Positions 1 to 11,206 of a stretch of DNA of 64,000 bases are shown one piece after another (the stretch's first letter is position 1; each line of letters begins with the position of its first letter). The notes below the pieces were generated by a model that ran no database searches, had not been told where the DNA came from, and saw only the letters and a program-made list of their open reading frames with translations. Position numbers and translations under genes: made by a program. Where the stretch lies: contig NW_003314315.1 of assembly GCF_000143415.4 (NCBI RefSeq), forward strand, positions 819,991-883,990, given 5' to 3'. The DNA is from Selaginella moellendorffii (Eukaryota; Plantae; Lycopodiophyta).

Positions 1-745
1 TTTTTGGGGGGGGGGGGGGGGCTGCAGGGGGTTCCAAAAGTATAGTAGGGATATTGAGGTCCAGAAACCAGTTTTGAAGGGACTCTCCAATTGGGCTTCC
101 AAACCGACTTGAGGTTGAGACTGGGACCAAGGGGCCTTGGGTGGGAGTGAGCATGGACTTGGCTGGTGCCGGAGGGGCCATCCAAGGAAGTGCTCAAGAG
201 CAGCTCCCACTCCCGAAAGGGAAACCGACTGCGGTGCTCCCGGCTCAGGTGGAGTGGTGCCCCACTTGAGTACCTTGTGGCTCATTGGTCCTCGCCCTTC
301 CGGGGGCTTGGGCCTTCCCTTTGGGAGGGAAGAGGGGGGGTAGAGGTACCCATACCGGGCCGTTAGGCCACGGTGTTTCGCCCTGACGTCCCGAAGCAAG
401 TGCTGCACCCAAGGCTTGGGATTTAGAGGGTCCCATGATCAAGTCTTGTGGTACCAAGGGGTGTTAGGAATCTGGAGGCTTGGTGTGCTTGGCTGCTTGT
501 GCCTGCGAGGAGTGTAGCCGAACCTTAAGTCCAGTTTAACCCGGGGAGGGGGATTGGGAGAGATTTGGGAATCTGTAGATGGATGGCTAACACTCCGTTG
601 CTCGTGCAGTAAGTAGCTGAAACCAAGTAGGAGCTGGTACTATAGGCAAGAACCTTGGCGAGGGAACTTAGCACAAGCCAAGGCAGAGTTGGTCGGATAG
701 GCGAGGTAAGCTGGCAAATTGGAAAGGAAAAATTTGTGGCTTATA
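1..745 (+). repeat. 5' LTR (partial)
   Basis: Matches the 3' LTR with about 12 substitutions by eye. Ends ...GGCTTATA (C>T variant of CTTACA, the inverse of the TGTAAG LTR start), 3 nt before the PBS. Confidence 0.88.
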
Positions 746-748
746 ATT

Positions 749-760
749 TGGTATCGGAGC
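749..760 (+). promoter_or_regulatory. Primer-binding site complementary to initiator tRNA-Met (1 mismatch)
   Basis: TGGTATCGGAGC versus the canonical TGGTATCAGAGC. Confidence 0.85.
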
Positions 761-3700
761 CTCTTCCTCAGTTCTAGCGAAGGATAGAGGCGGATTGCTG
801 GAAGATGGCAAGGGCAGGACGTAAGCGAACCCAAGCAGAGACGGAACCTCCTCTAGAGCTGGAGCCTCCGGTCGAACAGGAGGCGATGGATGAGAAATCC
901 TTGCATGAGGAGGACTCCAGTGAGGCAACTTCCAAACAGGAGTCTGGTGGTGAGGTTCGGTCGTCCAAGGCTCGATTGGATGTTCTAGAAGGACAATTGG
1001 CACAGACCAATGCCCTACTAGAGACTCTCGTACGCAAGCTAAAGCGTGACGAGAAGCGGAAGAAAAAGCGAAAGACTGCGGATGCTGGCAGCGCAGAAGG
1101 TGCGAACCCTTTGGCAGGGATTGAGGCAAAACCAGACAAGGTCGAACAGACCGAAGTGGAATCAGTCCCTCAGGCAGTTCCCAAGTACAAACCAAAGCCC
1201 CCACCGGTCTTCAAGGGAGTGAACGACTATAAGGTGGTGGAGGATTGGTTTTACGATATAGAGGACTACTTCCGAGCGTTGCGATTACCAAGCTCGGAGA
1301 AGGTCCCATGTGCAAAACCATACTTGGCAGATAATGCCAAGTCTTGGTGGAGAACGACAGAGGCCAACGAAGGACCGGTGGCCACTTGGGAAATGATGAA
1401 GGCGAGGATCCGCGCAACTTACGTTCCTCCGAATGCTACTCTGCATCTAAGGGACGAGCTGAGTAGGCTGAAGCAGACCGGAACCATTCAGGAGTATGTG
1501 AATGGGTTTATGGCAAAGAGGATACTTGTCACGGACATGGGGGATATGGATGCGTTCCATGCCTTCATATCAGGTTTGCAAACCTGGGCTCGCGGCGAAG
1601 TAATGCGGTGGAACCCGACCAACTACAAAGAAGCGTTGGATGCGGCCATCAAGGTGCATTTCAACGATAACCTGCGAAAGGGGAACACGACAGGGTCAGG
1701 ATCCACGTTTAGCAAAGGGGCCAAACCAAGGGGAACGTTTAGCAGAGGGAAATTCAAGAAGAGTTTCTCTAAGAATGAGTCCTCGGGGTTCCGGAAAGGC
1801 AGATCCGGTGGCCAGCGAGCGAGTACGTGGGGGAGTCAGGCGAAAAGAGACAAACCCACGGATAAGAAGGTCAAGTCATATAGCAGCGTGGGAAACAACA
1901 TATGCTACAACTGCGGTGAAGCGGGACACTTTTCGAGGGAATGTCCCTACCCGAAGAAGGCTAGAGCCAATATAGCCATCAAGTCGGGTGAAGTCCAAAC
2001 AAAGGTATGTGATCCAGTCCCTAACTCAAAATTACTCATTACACGAGCAACTTTGGTAGAGAGTCGTTCGCGACATCTACTAGCCCTCCGAGGGAAGCTC
2101 GGAGGTAGCTTTGTTAAAATTCTTATTGACACGGGTGCTTCGGATAATTTTGTGGCTGCAGACATAGTCCGGCAAGCCGGACTAACGGTGCAGCGGCTAG
2201 GCGAACCAAGGACTATAGAGTTTGTTCAAGGTAGCCAAAGCACCGATGAGGTACTTCGACAAGCGAAAGTCAAAGTGGGGACTTGGAAGGTGGACATGGA
2301 CTTCACCGTGTTGGACATGGCGGGATTTGACGTGATCTTCGGAATGGACTGGTTCAATCAATTCGTGGTAGCCCTGCATGGACAAGGTAGAAACCTTGTG
2401 GTACTGGCGAATGCCCAAGGAAGAAGATCTAGGGTGGAGGCCCAAGATCTAAAGGTAGGGCAAAGCAAGGCCAAAGATTCCTGCTTAAACCTGGTGTCCA
2501 CGAGAGGACAACTCACTAAAGGAACTAAGGTGGCCTTTTCGTGCTTACTCTCGGTGAAGAGTGACAAAAAGACAGGAATGGAAGAAGTACCTTTAGTGAT
2601 CCAACGGGTGTTGGACCAATTCCAGGATACCATGCCGGAGGAGCTACCGGCGGGGCTACCCCCAACACGACCGATAGAACATAAGATTGAGCTGGTCGAG
2701 GGTGCTGAGGCAGTGGTTCGTCCCCCTTATCGTTTGAACGAAAAAGAACTCAAGGAGCTCAAGTGCCAACTAGAGGAGTTGGTGGACAAAGGGTATGTTA
2801 GGTTGAGCAAGTCGCCGTATGGGGCGCCGGTGTTATTTGTGAAAAAGAAAGATGGATCTATGCGCATGTGCATAGACTACCGCTTGCTCAACAAGTATAC
2901 AAAGAAGAACAAGTACCCTTTGCCAAGGATTGAGGACCTGTTCGATAGGTTGGGAAAGGCAAAATACTTCTCGAGGATTGACCTAAGGTCAGGATACTAC
3001 CAAATCAGGGTAGCCGAGGAAGATGTCGAGAAGACAACCTGTCGAACGAGGTATGGGAGCTTTGAGTTTCTGGTGATGCCCTTCGGGCTATGTAATGGGC
3101 CGGCAACGTTTTCGGCGCTAATGAACCACATCTTTGTACCCTATCTGGATCACTTCGTGGTCGTCTATATCGACGACATCCTGATCTATAGCGAGACGCT
3201 AGAGGAGCATGCCGAACATTTGGCGAAGGTGTTTGAGAAACTAAGGGAACACAAGTTGTATGCTAAAGAGAGCAAATGTGACTTTGCTCAACAAGAGGTA
3301 AAGTTTCTCGGGCATGTGGTGGGCCAGGACGGGCTCAAGGTGGACCTGGAGAAGGTCCAAGCGATCCAGGAATGGGAGCAACCATCCAATGTACACGAGT
3401 TGAGGGCATTCCTGGGGCTATCCAACTACTATCGAAAGTTTATCAGACACTATTCGAGAGTAGCCCTGCCCTTAACGGACTAAACAAGAAAAGGGAAGAT
3501 GGTGTGGACGGCGGAATGCGAGGCGGCATTCGTCCACCTCAAAGGGAAGTTGAGGAAGGCTCCCGTATTGGCATTACCAGACTTTGGTAAGGACTTTGAG
3601 GTAGAAACGGATGCCTCAGACTTTGCGTTGGGCGCAGTTTTGAAGCAAGACAACCATCCGGTAGCGTTCTTCTCGAAGAAGCTGGACAAGGCTCAACGGA

Positions 3701-4678
3701 AGTGGCCAGCCCACGAGAAGGAATTGTTTGCGGTGGTCAAGGCGCTCAAGGAGTGGCGACACTACCTTGGGAGACACTTCAAGGTTTACACGGACAATGT
3801 GGCAACAAAACACTTCTTGTCACAGCCCGACCTAAGAGGGAAACAAGGTCGGTGGGCCAATGCCTTGGCCGAGTTTGATTGCGAAATTCTGTATAAGCCT
3901 GGGAAGAGCAACATCGTGGCGGATGCGCTAAGTCGAAAAGCGAGTTTGAGGTTGGCAATATCCAACGCAACAGCAACCTTCTGGGACGATGTGCGGACAG
4001 CATATGAGAACGATGGTCTAGCACAGGAAGTGTTGCTGAGGAATCTAGAGGCGCGGGAAGCTCACCAGAGAGGTGAGCTGCCAACGGAAGAGAAAACGGG
4101 CTATGCGGAACGCAACGGACTCATTTATTACAAGCAAACGAGGGTGTATGTTCCAGAAGGGGAACTAAGGAAGGTGGCCTTAGAAGAGTGTCATGACGGA
4201 CCTCTTGCGGGACACGGTGGAGTGCCCAAGACGATGGGCTTACTCAAAAGGAAGTACCATTGGCCAGATATGGCTAAGGACGTCCAAGACTATGTAAAGA
4301 CATGTCCAACATGTCAGCAGGTAAAAGCCATGACTAAGGCTAGTGGGGGCTTGTTGCAAAGCATCCCAATTCCAGATCACCCGTGGAAATGTTTTACGAT
4401 GGACTTCATCACGGGACTCCCCCCAAGCGAGGGGTTTGATGCAATATTCGTGGTGGTGGACCGATTTTCGAAAATGGCACATTTCATACCCACCACAACT
4501 GAGGTGGATGCGGAAGGTGTGGCGAAGCTGTTCTTTGAGCAAGTGGTTCGAGTGCGGGGAAGACCCGAAGAGATCATCTCAGATCGAGATAAGATCTTCA
4601 CCAGTAGGTTCTGGAGGACTCTCCTGGAACAGTATCGCACCAAGTTGAAATTCAGCACAGCCTATCACCCACAGACAG

Positions 4679-4724
4679 GTATGGGGTATTAAGTCAAGTT
4701 GTTGGCACTAACACTTCTTGACAG
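4679..4724 (+). other. 46-nt GT-AG intron inside the integrase core
   Basis: ACAG|gtatgggg...ctaac...ttgacag|ACGG. Removal joins ORF 3499 to ORF 4718 and gives HPQTDGQTERVN. Confidence 0.88.
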
Positions 4725-5142
4725 ACGGACAAACGGAAAGGGTGAATAGGCAGCTGGAGGATTATTTGCGATGTTATGTCTCGGGAGACCAGACCGATTG
4801 GGTAAGTCATTTGGGACTTGCGAAAATGTGTTATAACAACTCACCACATTCGAGTATCGGGGTGAGTCCATGGGAAGTCATCAATGGGCGAGCTATTGAA
4901 GGTCCTGTGGAACTCGGCGTGGCCGAGTATCATGGAGAGTTGCCCGCAGTGGAGGCATTCACGGCAGAAAGACTCAGCATTTGGAATCTAGTGAGGGATT
5001 CCTTGGAACGGGCTCAACAAAGGCAAACTAAATACGCGAACCAGAAGCGTCGGGATGTAGAGTTCCAAGCTGGGGAGAAGGTGTGGCTGAACACCAAGAA
5101 CCTCAGAGTACCAAGTGGGATCAGCCGAAAGTTGACCCAAAG

Positions 5143-5194
5143 GTAAAGATGCATGTATTCCTGTAAATGAATTGATCTTGAGTTCCTTAAGCAG
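5143..5194 (+). other. 52-nt GT-AG intron inside the integrase GPY/F region
   Basis: CAAAG|gtaaag...cttaagcag|GTTCGCGGGGCCT. Removal joins ORF 4718 to ORF 5172 and gives KLTQRFAGPY. Confidence 0.88.
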
Positions 5195-5966
5195 GTTCGC
5201 GGGGCCTTACGAGATTGAGGCACGAATCGGTAAAGTGGCTTACCGACTCCGACTTCCTCGAGAGATGGGGAAGATGCACCCAGTGTTCCACGTGAACTTA
5301 CTCAAGCCGTACTTTGAGGATCCGCTTCGCAAGGACCAAGTGAGACCTTTACCTGAAGTTATCCAAGGGGAAGAGGAATACGAAGTCGAGGCCATCCTCA
5401 ATGCGCGCAAAAGCAAGCGACCAGGACGCGAGGTGAGAGAGTTCCATGTGAAGTGGAAAGGGTTTCCACACTGCGAAGCAACATAGGAACCGGAGGAGAA
5501 CCTAGCGAACACTCGAGATCTAGTGGAGGAATTTCTGCAAGGCAGAACTCTATGTACTTATGCAAAATTCAATTAAAAATATCAATTTGCAAAGTTGAGC
5601 AAGTGGCATATGTTGGGACCCGAAGGCGTGCCAAAGGTAACCTAATTAGCATGGGTTAGATAGGTCGACCAGGCGTAGGGCACTACGCCCGACTCCCCGC
5701 GGGGATGTCGAATCCGTAGACGTATTCTACGGAGGTTGGGTTCGAGTCCCAACCCCCTAGTAAAGCAAGGCTGGGTTCAAGTCCCGACCCCATACTAGGG
5801 CGTGGTGAGGTGAGGAGTATAGGGACACCTATATTCCGTTGTCATGGGCTCTTGGCCGGGGAGGCTAACTTAGGCACACCGCTAAGTGGGGGGATGCCCC
5901 CGGAGACATGGTCAACAAGTCGTAGGATAAAACGAGATGTTCGATGTGGGCATCGAACTTCTTCTA

Positions 5967-5979
5967 TGGGTGGTGGAGT
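5967..5979 (+). promoter_or_regulatory. Polypurine tract (PPT-like)
   Basis: TGGGTGGTGGAGT directly before TGTAAG. Confidence 0.6.
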
Positions 5980-6940
5980 TGTAAGGAACCGACTCCCCGA
6001 GATGTCGTAAGGCTAAAGGATCCCCAAAAGCTTGACCGAAATGACAAAGAGTTCATTGGATGGGACCAAGTCCAGAATCGAGTCAAAGACCGACTCTAGG
6101 ACCGAGTTCGAGATAGAGTCCGGAATCGAGTCCGAGACCGACTCGGGGACCGAGTTCGAGTCCGAGTTCGAGACCAAGTTCGAGACGGAGTCCGAGATCC
6201 GAAATCGGGTCCGAGACCGAGTCCGAGGTCGGGTCCGAGATCGGGTCTGAGATCGAGTCCGAAATCGAGTCCGAGACCGAATCCGAAGTCGGATCCGAAA
6301 TCGGGTCCGAGATCGAGCTAGAGACTAAGTCCAAATACTAATACGGGTCAAGGGGTGAAAGCCCAAAGCGTGCGTCTCCCAGGGGGGGGGGGCTGCAGGG
6401 GGTTCCAAAAGTATAGTAGGGATACTGAGGTCCAGGAACCAGTTTTGAAGGGACTCTCCAGTTGGGCTTCCAAACCGACTTGAGGTTGAGACTGGGACCG
6501 AGGGGCCTTGGGTGGGAGTGAGCATGGACTTGGCTGGTGCTGGAGGGGCCATCCAAAGAAGTGCTCAAGAGCAGCTCCCACTCCCGAAAGGGAAACCGAC
6601 TGCGGTGCTCCCGGCTCAGGTGGAGTGGTGCCCCACTTGAGTACCTTGTGGCTCATTGGTCCTTGCCCTTCCGGGGGCTTGGGCCTTCCCTTCGGGAGGG
6701 AAGAGGGGGGGTAGAGGTACCCATACCGGGCCGTTAGGCCACGGTGTTTCGCCCCGACGTCCCGAAGCAAGTGCTGCACCCAAGGCTTGGGATTTAGAGG
6801 GTCCCATGATCAAGTCTTGTGGTACCAAGGGGTATTAGGAATCTGGAGGCTTGGTGTGCTTGGCTGCTTGTGCCTGCGGGGAGTGTAGCCGAACCTTAAG
6901 TCCAGTCTAACCCGGGGAGGGGGATTGGGAGAGATTTGGG
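5980..6940 (+). repeat. 3' LTR, truncated at the junction with an inverted LTR of a second family
   Basis: Starts TGTAAG. Identity with the 5' LTR stops at ...gagatttggg (6940); about 175 nt of the 5' LTR end is missing here. Confidence 0.88.
6070..6320 (+). repeat. Degenerate hexamer tandem array (CCGAGT/CCGAGA/TCGAGT) in the LTR U3 region
   Basis: Clear 6-bp periodicity, which generates the spurious low-complexity ORFs 6032 and 6083. Confidence 0.85.
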
Positions 6941-6941
6941 A

Positions 6942-6955
6942 TACTATACATTTGG

Positions 6956-6986
<31 letters not shown>

Positions 6987-7563
6987 TTGAGGAACACATG
7001 CTTTGGGCTTTCACCCCAAACCTCCCTTAGTATCAGGAGTTAGCCTCTGGGACAAGTTTGAAACTTACTAAATATGAAATGTTCTTAGATTGCAAATTTG
7101 GACATGGGACAAACACCATTGTGTTCAGAACAATCTTTACATTCTGTAGATATGCCAAATGAGCAAATCTAGACACTTTCCATAAATAGTATTTGGGACC
7201 GAAATGAGACTAACACAAAGGGCATGATAGCGAGGGTGTTTGGCAGATATGGTAAGCTATCATCCAGTGATATTGAGGGACCAATCTCAATACGCAAGGG
7301 TTCTTGTCATGCTAGTGCAAAACAAAGCAAAAGAGAACTAAGAGCCAAGTTGAGTATGCTCAGCTAGAAACACATAGGAGTTCCTACTTTATGTCCATTT
7401 GCCTAAATACAAGTGCTAAGCCCAGTAAACTAACACTTGAACAAGAGGGGCTGATAAAGGGAATCAGCAATACCGACCTCCTGCCATCTTGGCAGTAAGG
7501 AAAGAGTGTCCATAAGGACTGGCCAACAGGTAACTTTCGATACCCGAAGTCACATTCGCGACA
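6942..7563 (-). mobile_element. Partial LTR of a second family, inverted; same family as solo LTR 46739-47891
   Basis: Colinear similarity to about 47270-47891. Ends cattcgcgaca, which is the TGTCGCG LTR start on the minus strand. Confidence 0.88.
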
Positions 7564-7569
7564 AAAATC

Positions 7570-8800
7570 TAATTGATGAACCAAGGATTTATCTCTAGAC
7601 AATTTAGAAAATCAATAATGTGAGGAAGAGGATACACATTCAAGATAGTCACTTTATTTAATAGTCAATAATCACTGTAGAAGCGAATACTCTCATCAAG
7701 TTTTGTTACAAGATAAAGTTCATATACTTAGGGACTCTATAACGTTTAGATAACATTATTCTTAAATATTTCCTTATTATTTGTGAATAGAATTTTGATC
7801 TCTTTTGGTGACCAATGTCGAATAGAAACTTTGATTCAACAGGCATCCCCAATTAAAATAGGATGATATGCTCCAATTTTAGCCCCAAATGATAAATCAA
7901 GGTCAAAGAGATAAACATACTTCTTCATGAGTTAATCAACCATTACAACATAAATATCATTGAAGGGATCTAAAGTGGAAATAGAGGAGCAAGATGGAAA
8001 TATAGTAGGAAGTAATCAGGTGATAAAAGTGATTAAAACTAAGGTTAAAACTGAGGGATAGGGTAAAATAAAAATAAGAGAAATAGAAAAATGATAAGGG
8101 AAGTATGAAATAAGTAGGAGAAATCTCAAAGTCCCATTTGGTATGATTGTACCACAACCAATCCATACCAAAGATGAGGTCAAAATTTTAACTTAGCACC
8201 ACTTTTAATGATTAAATCTCAAGCTTGAGATCACCTATACATACAACTAAATCCACATCATTCTATACATATATATATGTATGGCCATTACTATAGAGAA
8301 TGAAAATTAACTTTACTACACAATGTAAATGTAAATGGTAATATATGGCAATAGGCCAAGCAATATAAGATAAACTCAAGCTTATATCAATCAACATAAA
8401 AAAAATAATAAACTTTTTGTTATAAAAATCCTTAAAAGTAAATATTAAATGAATTAGTGTTGAATGAACCTCTTGATAATGCTCCTAAAAGAAGGATGGA
8501 AAGGTCAATAATTTATTCACACAAGAACTCTTCATTATTCATATAATTTTTTGTTTCCCAAAAGAATCTTTATATTAAAACCTTCCATCATATCAACATT
8601 AATAAAACATTGTTGACACTAAAGCTTCCAACCAAGAAATGGAAGATATTAATCAACTTCATTACATACTTATCAACAAATATCACAGCTACAACCATGT
8701 CCTCACCTTTGTCTTTGAACACAGGCAGTAATAGCATTAACTTCCATCAAAACAGAATCATCTCCCAAAAAAAATAGAGTTAAAGGATGTGTAGTAAGAG
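7570..8800 (-). mobile_element. Heavily decayed gypsy pol remnant related to the 43-48 kb element; boundaries approximate
   Basis: FDLIFGMDWLWYNHTKWDFEISPTYFILP parallels FALILGMDWLQRNHAKCDFEASPPYLILP at about 44560. Confidence 0.6.
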
Positions 8801-9279
8801 TGATATCTCATAATGTTGTGCTAGTCAAAAAGTATAATTAAAGGTGGTTAAACCAAATGCACGCACAAATCCCATAAAATCTTGATAAAATAGTACCCAC
8901 AACATTTTTTGATTTGATCCATTCTAATATATTTAGCTCCACACAAAAGAAGAGACTCTAAAAATAAATGCCAAATTGTATTACTAACTCACATGATTGC
9001 CTAATCCATTGCTATCATGTAAATCTTCTCCTTGAAGCAAAATGCAAGCTAGTTCATGCCATCAAGTGGATTGGAGTGTGTCCATTCTGCTGATTACCAA
9101 AGAGAAGGCCACTGCGCCAATCCATTTCTCACAAACTCTAGCTAGCTCTGTTCAAAATTTTGAAAAACAATGTGGAATGTTCTTTACATCTACAGAATCT
9201 GGTCCAGTATACAGAGTCCGGGGTTCCTCTCAACTGGTTCTTTCTATCCATCTCCAAGCAATTCCTTGGTTCCAAGCAG

Positions 9280-9610
9280 AGAATTCTCGCGGAGCGTCCC
9301 AGAGTGACATCGTGGCAATGTCTCGCGCCTGGGATCTCCCACCCAATACCTTTGGCGCCGCCTACGCCCAGTTCATGGGATCCAGGAACTTCAGCCCCGA
9401 CGATCGCCCTCCAGTTCGATTTCTAGAGTCCGAGCTACGCGAGCCCGGTGAGTTCACGACTTTTGGCACGTTTGGCCTTTTTGGCCTACCCACCTGCGCA
9501 CCTGGACGAAGATCTGGAAGACGTTCGCAGCAAGTGGGGCATCATTCCTGCGCCGGCGCTACGAAAAAAATAGTTTTTCCGAGCCTCCGCAACTCGTCAA
9601 CTTCGCCCAA
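9280..9610 (+). pseudogene. COQ4: COQ4 (ubiquinone biosynthesis protein) fragment with frameshifts and deletions
   Basis: [11 protein letters not shown] then, in another frame, [32 protein letters not shown]. The HDxxH motif region is disrupted. Confidence 0.75.
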
Positions 9611-9725
9611 GCTCCAGTGAGCCTCTTGAGCTTTGGTATAACAGCCGAAGAAACTTGCCTGTGCACGAGTGGAAAAGCCATTAGAACCGGATCACAAGAG
9701 CTCAGGTACTTACATCCTGCTCGGA

Positions 9726-11084
9726 TCAGGTCTCTGAGAAGCCAATGTTCCAGAAGCCTTCCGGTGTCGAGGGAGGAACGTACTTATACCGATGCCTTGA
9801 CACCTGATTGTGATGCTCACACCGCGAATTCCCGTTGCCATCGCCTGGGAGTTCCACTGCGTCGTAGAACTTCTTGCACTGCTTGCATTCCACGCCTTTG
9901 AGTGCTTCCCTGTCGGCCTTCTTCCGCACCGGCTCGTTGAACTTGTACTTTGGCAGCTGAGCACCCGACTTACCAGGCGCAATCCACTCCTTTCCTGGAG
10001 ACTTAGCAGAATTCGCGCCTCTACTAGTCCAGTCTCTCCCTGGAGAGTTTAGTGTCTCCACCGCATCACTATGATCTTCAGCTCCGCCTGGTTGCTCGAT
10101 GTGGTTCTCCCACTCGATTCCCAACGTATCCGGCACGAAATGGACTGTTTCTTCAGCACGCGGCTTCGATTTCTCAGCCGCGATTTTCTTCATGGCGATC
10201 TCTTGAGGCGTGTTCAGGAAATCATCGTGAGGATCTCTGCCACCATCGTTTTCGGCCCTGGTGCTCCTCCACTTGTCCTTAGAACTGGAGGTGGTGAAGA
10301 AGTCTTTGAGCGTGCCTTTTTGCTTCCTTCTATCCGCGATGGGAGTGGCATCCTTGTACCCGAAAACCTCAATCCTTGCTTCTGCTTTAGCTTCAACGAC
10401 CAAGTCTTCTTTTAGCTTGCGAGCATCGCTAACTCTTCCAGGTCCTGATGCTACTGCCTCATTCTCCTTGCTACCACCAATCCCAGATACTAGAAGTTCT
10501 TTGCTATGCCCATCCGAGAATTCCTTCTGGTGGCCTGTCATTTCCTTCTCTTTGGACCGGAGACTCTCGATCCCAGATGCCACTGCTTGCTGGCGAAGCA
10601 TCGAATCGTACTTCATTTTCAAGCTACTGTACCTCGAATTCATGCTGCGGAAAGCCACTCTCTTGGTCTCCTGATCCTCCAGAAGCTCGTCACGCTTCCT
10701 CTTCAAGCTTCTCACTTTGGCATCCAGATCCCTATTTTCCTGCTCAAGCTTTGCCACGGCAGCATCCCTCTCGGCCACAAGAGCCTCCTTCTCCCGTGCC
10801 AGAGCATCCCGCTCCGCCACAAGAATTTCCCTCTCCCGTTGCCATCGCCGCTCCGCCTCCTCCCAATCTCGCCTCAGATCCGCAGTCTCCGCCTCGTGCC
10901 GCTGGATTATCGACTGCTGCCAAGCCGGGTAGAGATTCTGCGAGAAGACGGCCTCCAGATGCTCAATGTGCTCCTTCGTCTGGCAGATCGAGGCCAGAAA
11001 CAAGGTACACATGCGCTCCAGGTGCTTACCCCCAGCGCCGTGCTCTTCATCCGGCGCCATCGCTGCGCCAGAGCAAGCCGCCAT
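9726..11084 (-). CDS. COM1: COM1/GR1 (SAE2/CtIP homologue), DNA end-resection factor, intronless, 452 aa
   Basis: N-terminal coiled coil; C-terminal EPVRKKADREALKGVECKQCKKFY...VSRHRYKYVPPSTPEGFWNIGF (CxxC and RHR motifs). Confidence 0.93.
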   Translation of the reverse strand: MAACSGAAMAPDEEHGAGGKHLERMCTLFLASICQTKEHIEHLEAVFSQNLYPAWQQSIIQRHEAETADLRRDWEEAERRWQREREILVAERDALAREKEALVAERDAAVAKLEQENRDLDAKVRSLKRKRDELLEDQETKRVAFRSMNSRYSSLKMKYDSMLRQQAVASGIESLRSKEKEMTGHQKEFSDGHSKELLVSGIGGSKENEAVASGPGRVSDARKLKEDLVVEAKAEARIEVFGYKDATPIADRRKQKGTLKDFFTTSSSKDKWRSTRAENDGGRDPHDDFLNTPQEIAMKKIAAEKSKPRAEETVHFVPDTLGIEWENHIEQPGGAEDHSDAVETLNSPGRDWTSRGANSAKSPGKEWIAPGKSGAQLPKYKFNEPVRKKADREALKGVECKQCKKFYDAVELPGDGNGNSRCEHHNQVSRHRYKYVPPSTPEGFWNIGFSET

Positions 11085-11206
11085 AGCCTAGGGCTCCACT
11101 TTCCCTCCCGTTTTAAAACTTTGCCCTAAAAAGGTCGAGAGCTCGAATCCGGGGAATTCTCATCATTCTTCCTGGAAGATCACTGCAAAGAGAGAAGAGA
11201 ATTTTC

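Larger units (their letters stand above)
805..5576 (+). pseudogene. Gag-Pol polyprotein with C-terminal chromodomain. Exons 805-4678, 4725-5142, 5195-5576; in-frame nonsense codons at 3481-3483 and 5484-5486
   Basis: [14 protein letters not shown] knuckle; LIDTGA protease; YIDD RT; ETDASDFALGAVL RNase H; H-H-C-C and MDFITGLP integrase. HPQT|DGQTER and KLTQR|FAGPY are restored by splicing. Chromodomain YEVEAIL...VKWKGFPHCEAT*EPEENL. Confidence 0.93.
1..6940 (+). mobile_element. Ty3/gypsy chromovirus LTR retrotransposon; 5' LTR cut by the window edge, 3' LTR truncated at 6940
   Basis: Domain order gag-CCHC-PR-RT-RH-IN-chromodomain. About 6-570 is repeated at about 6382-6940. PBS at 749, PPT before TGTAAG at 5980. 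Confidence 0.97.

Noticed and set aside
137-457. Short ORFs duplicated at 6508-6838
   Set aside because: Chance ORFs in GC-rich LTR copies.
3481-3483. Programmed readthrough at the TAA in pol
   Set aside because: It lies between RT and RNase H at a Leu position, not at the gag-pol boundary; a point mutation is simpler.
5540-5594. AT-rich block after the chromodomain as a fourth intron
   Set aside because: No convincing donor, and no conserved motif is restored by removing it.
6032-6334. ORFs with ETESE/RVRD/SDPI repeats; array superficially CRISPR-like
   Set aside because: Translation of a hexamer tandem repeat in the LTR; no unique spacers and a eukaryotic context.
10448-11129. Long antisense ORFs over COM1 and other GC-rich genes
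   Set aside because: Expected shadow ORFs of GC-rich coding sequence.
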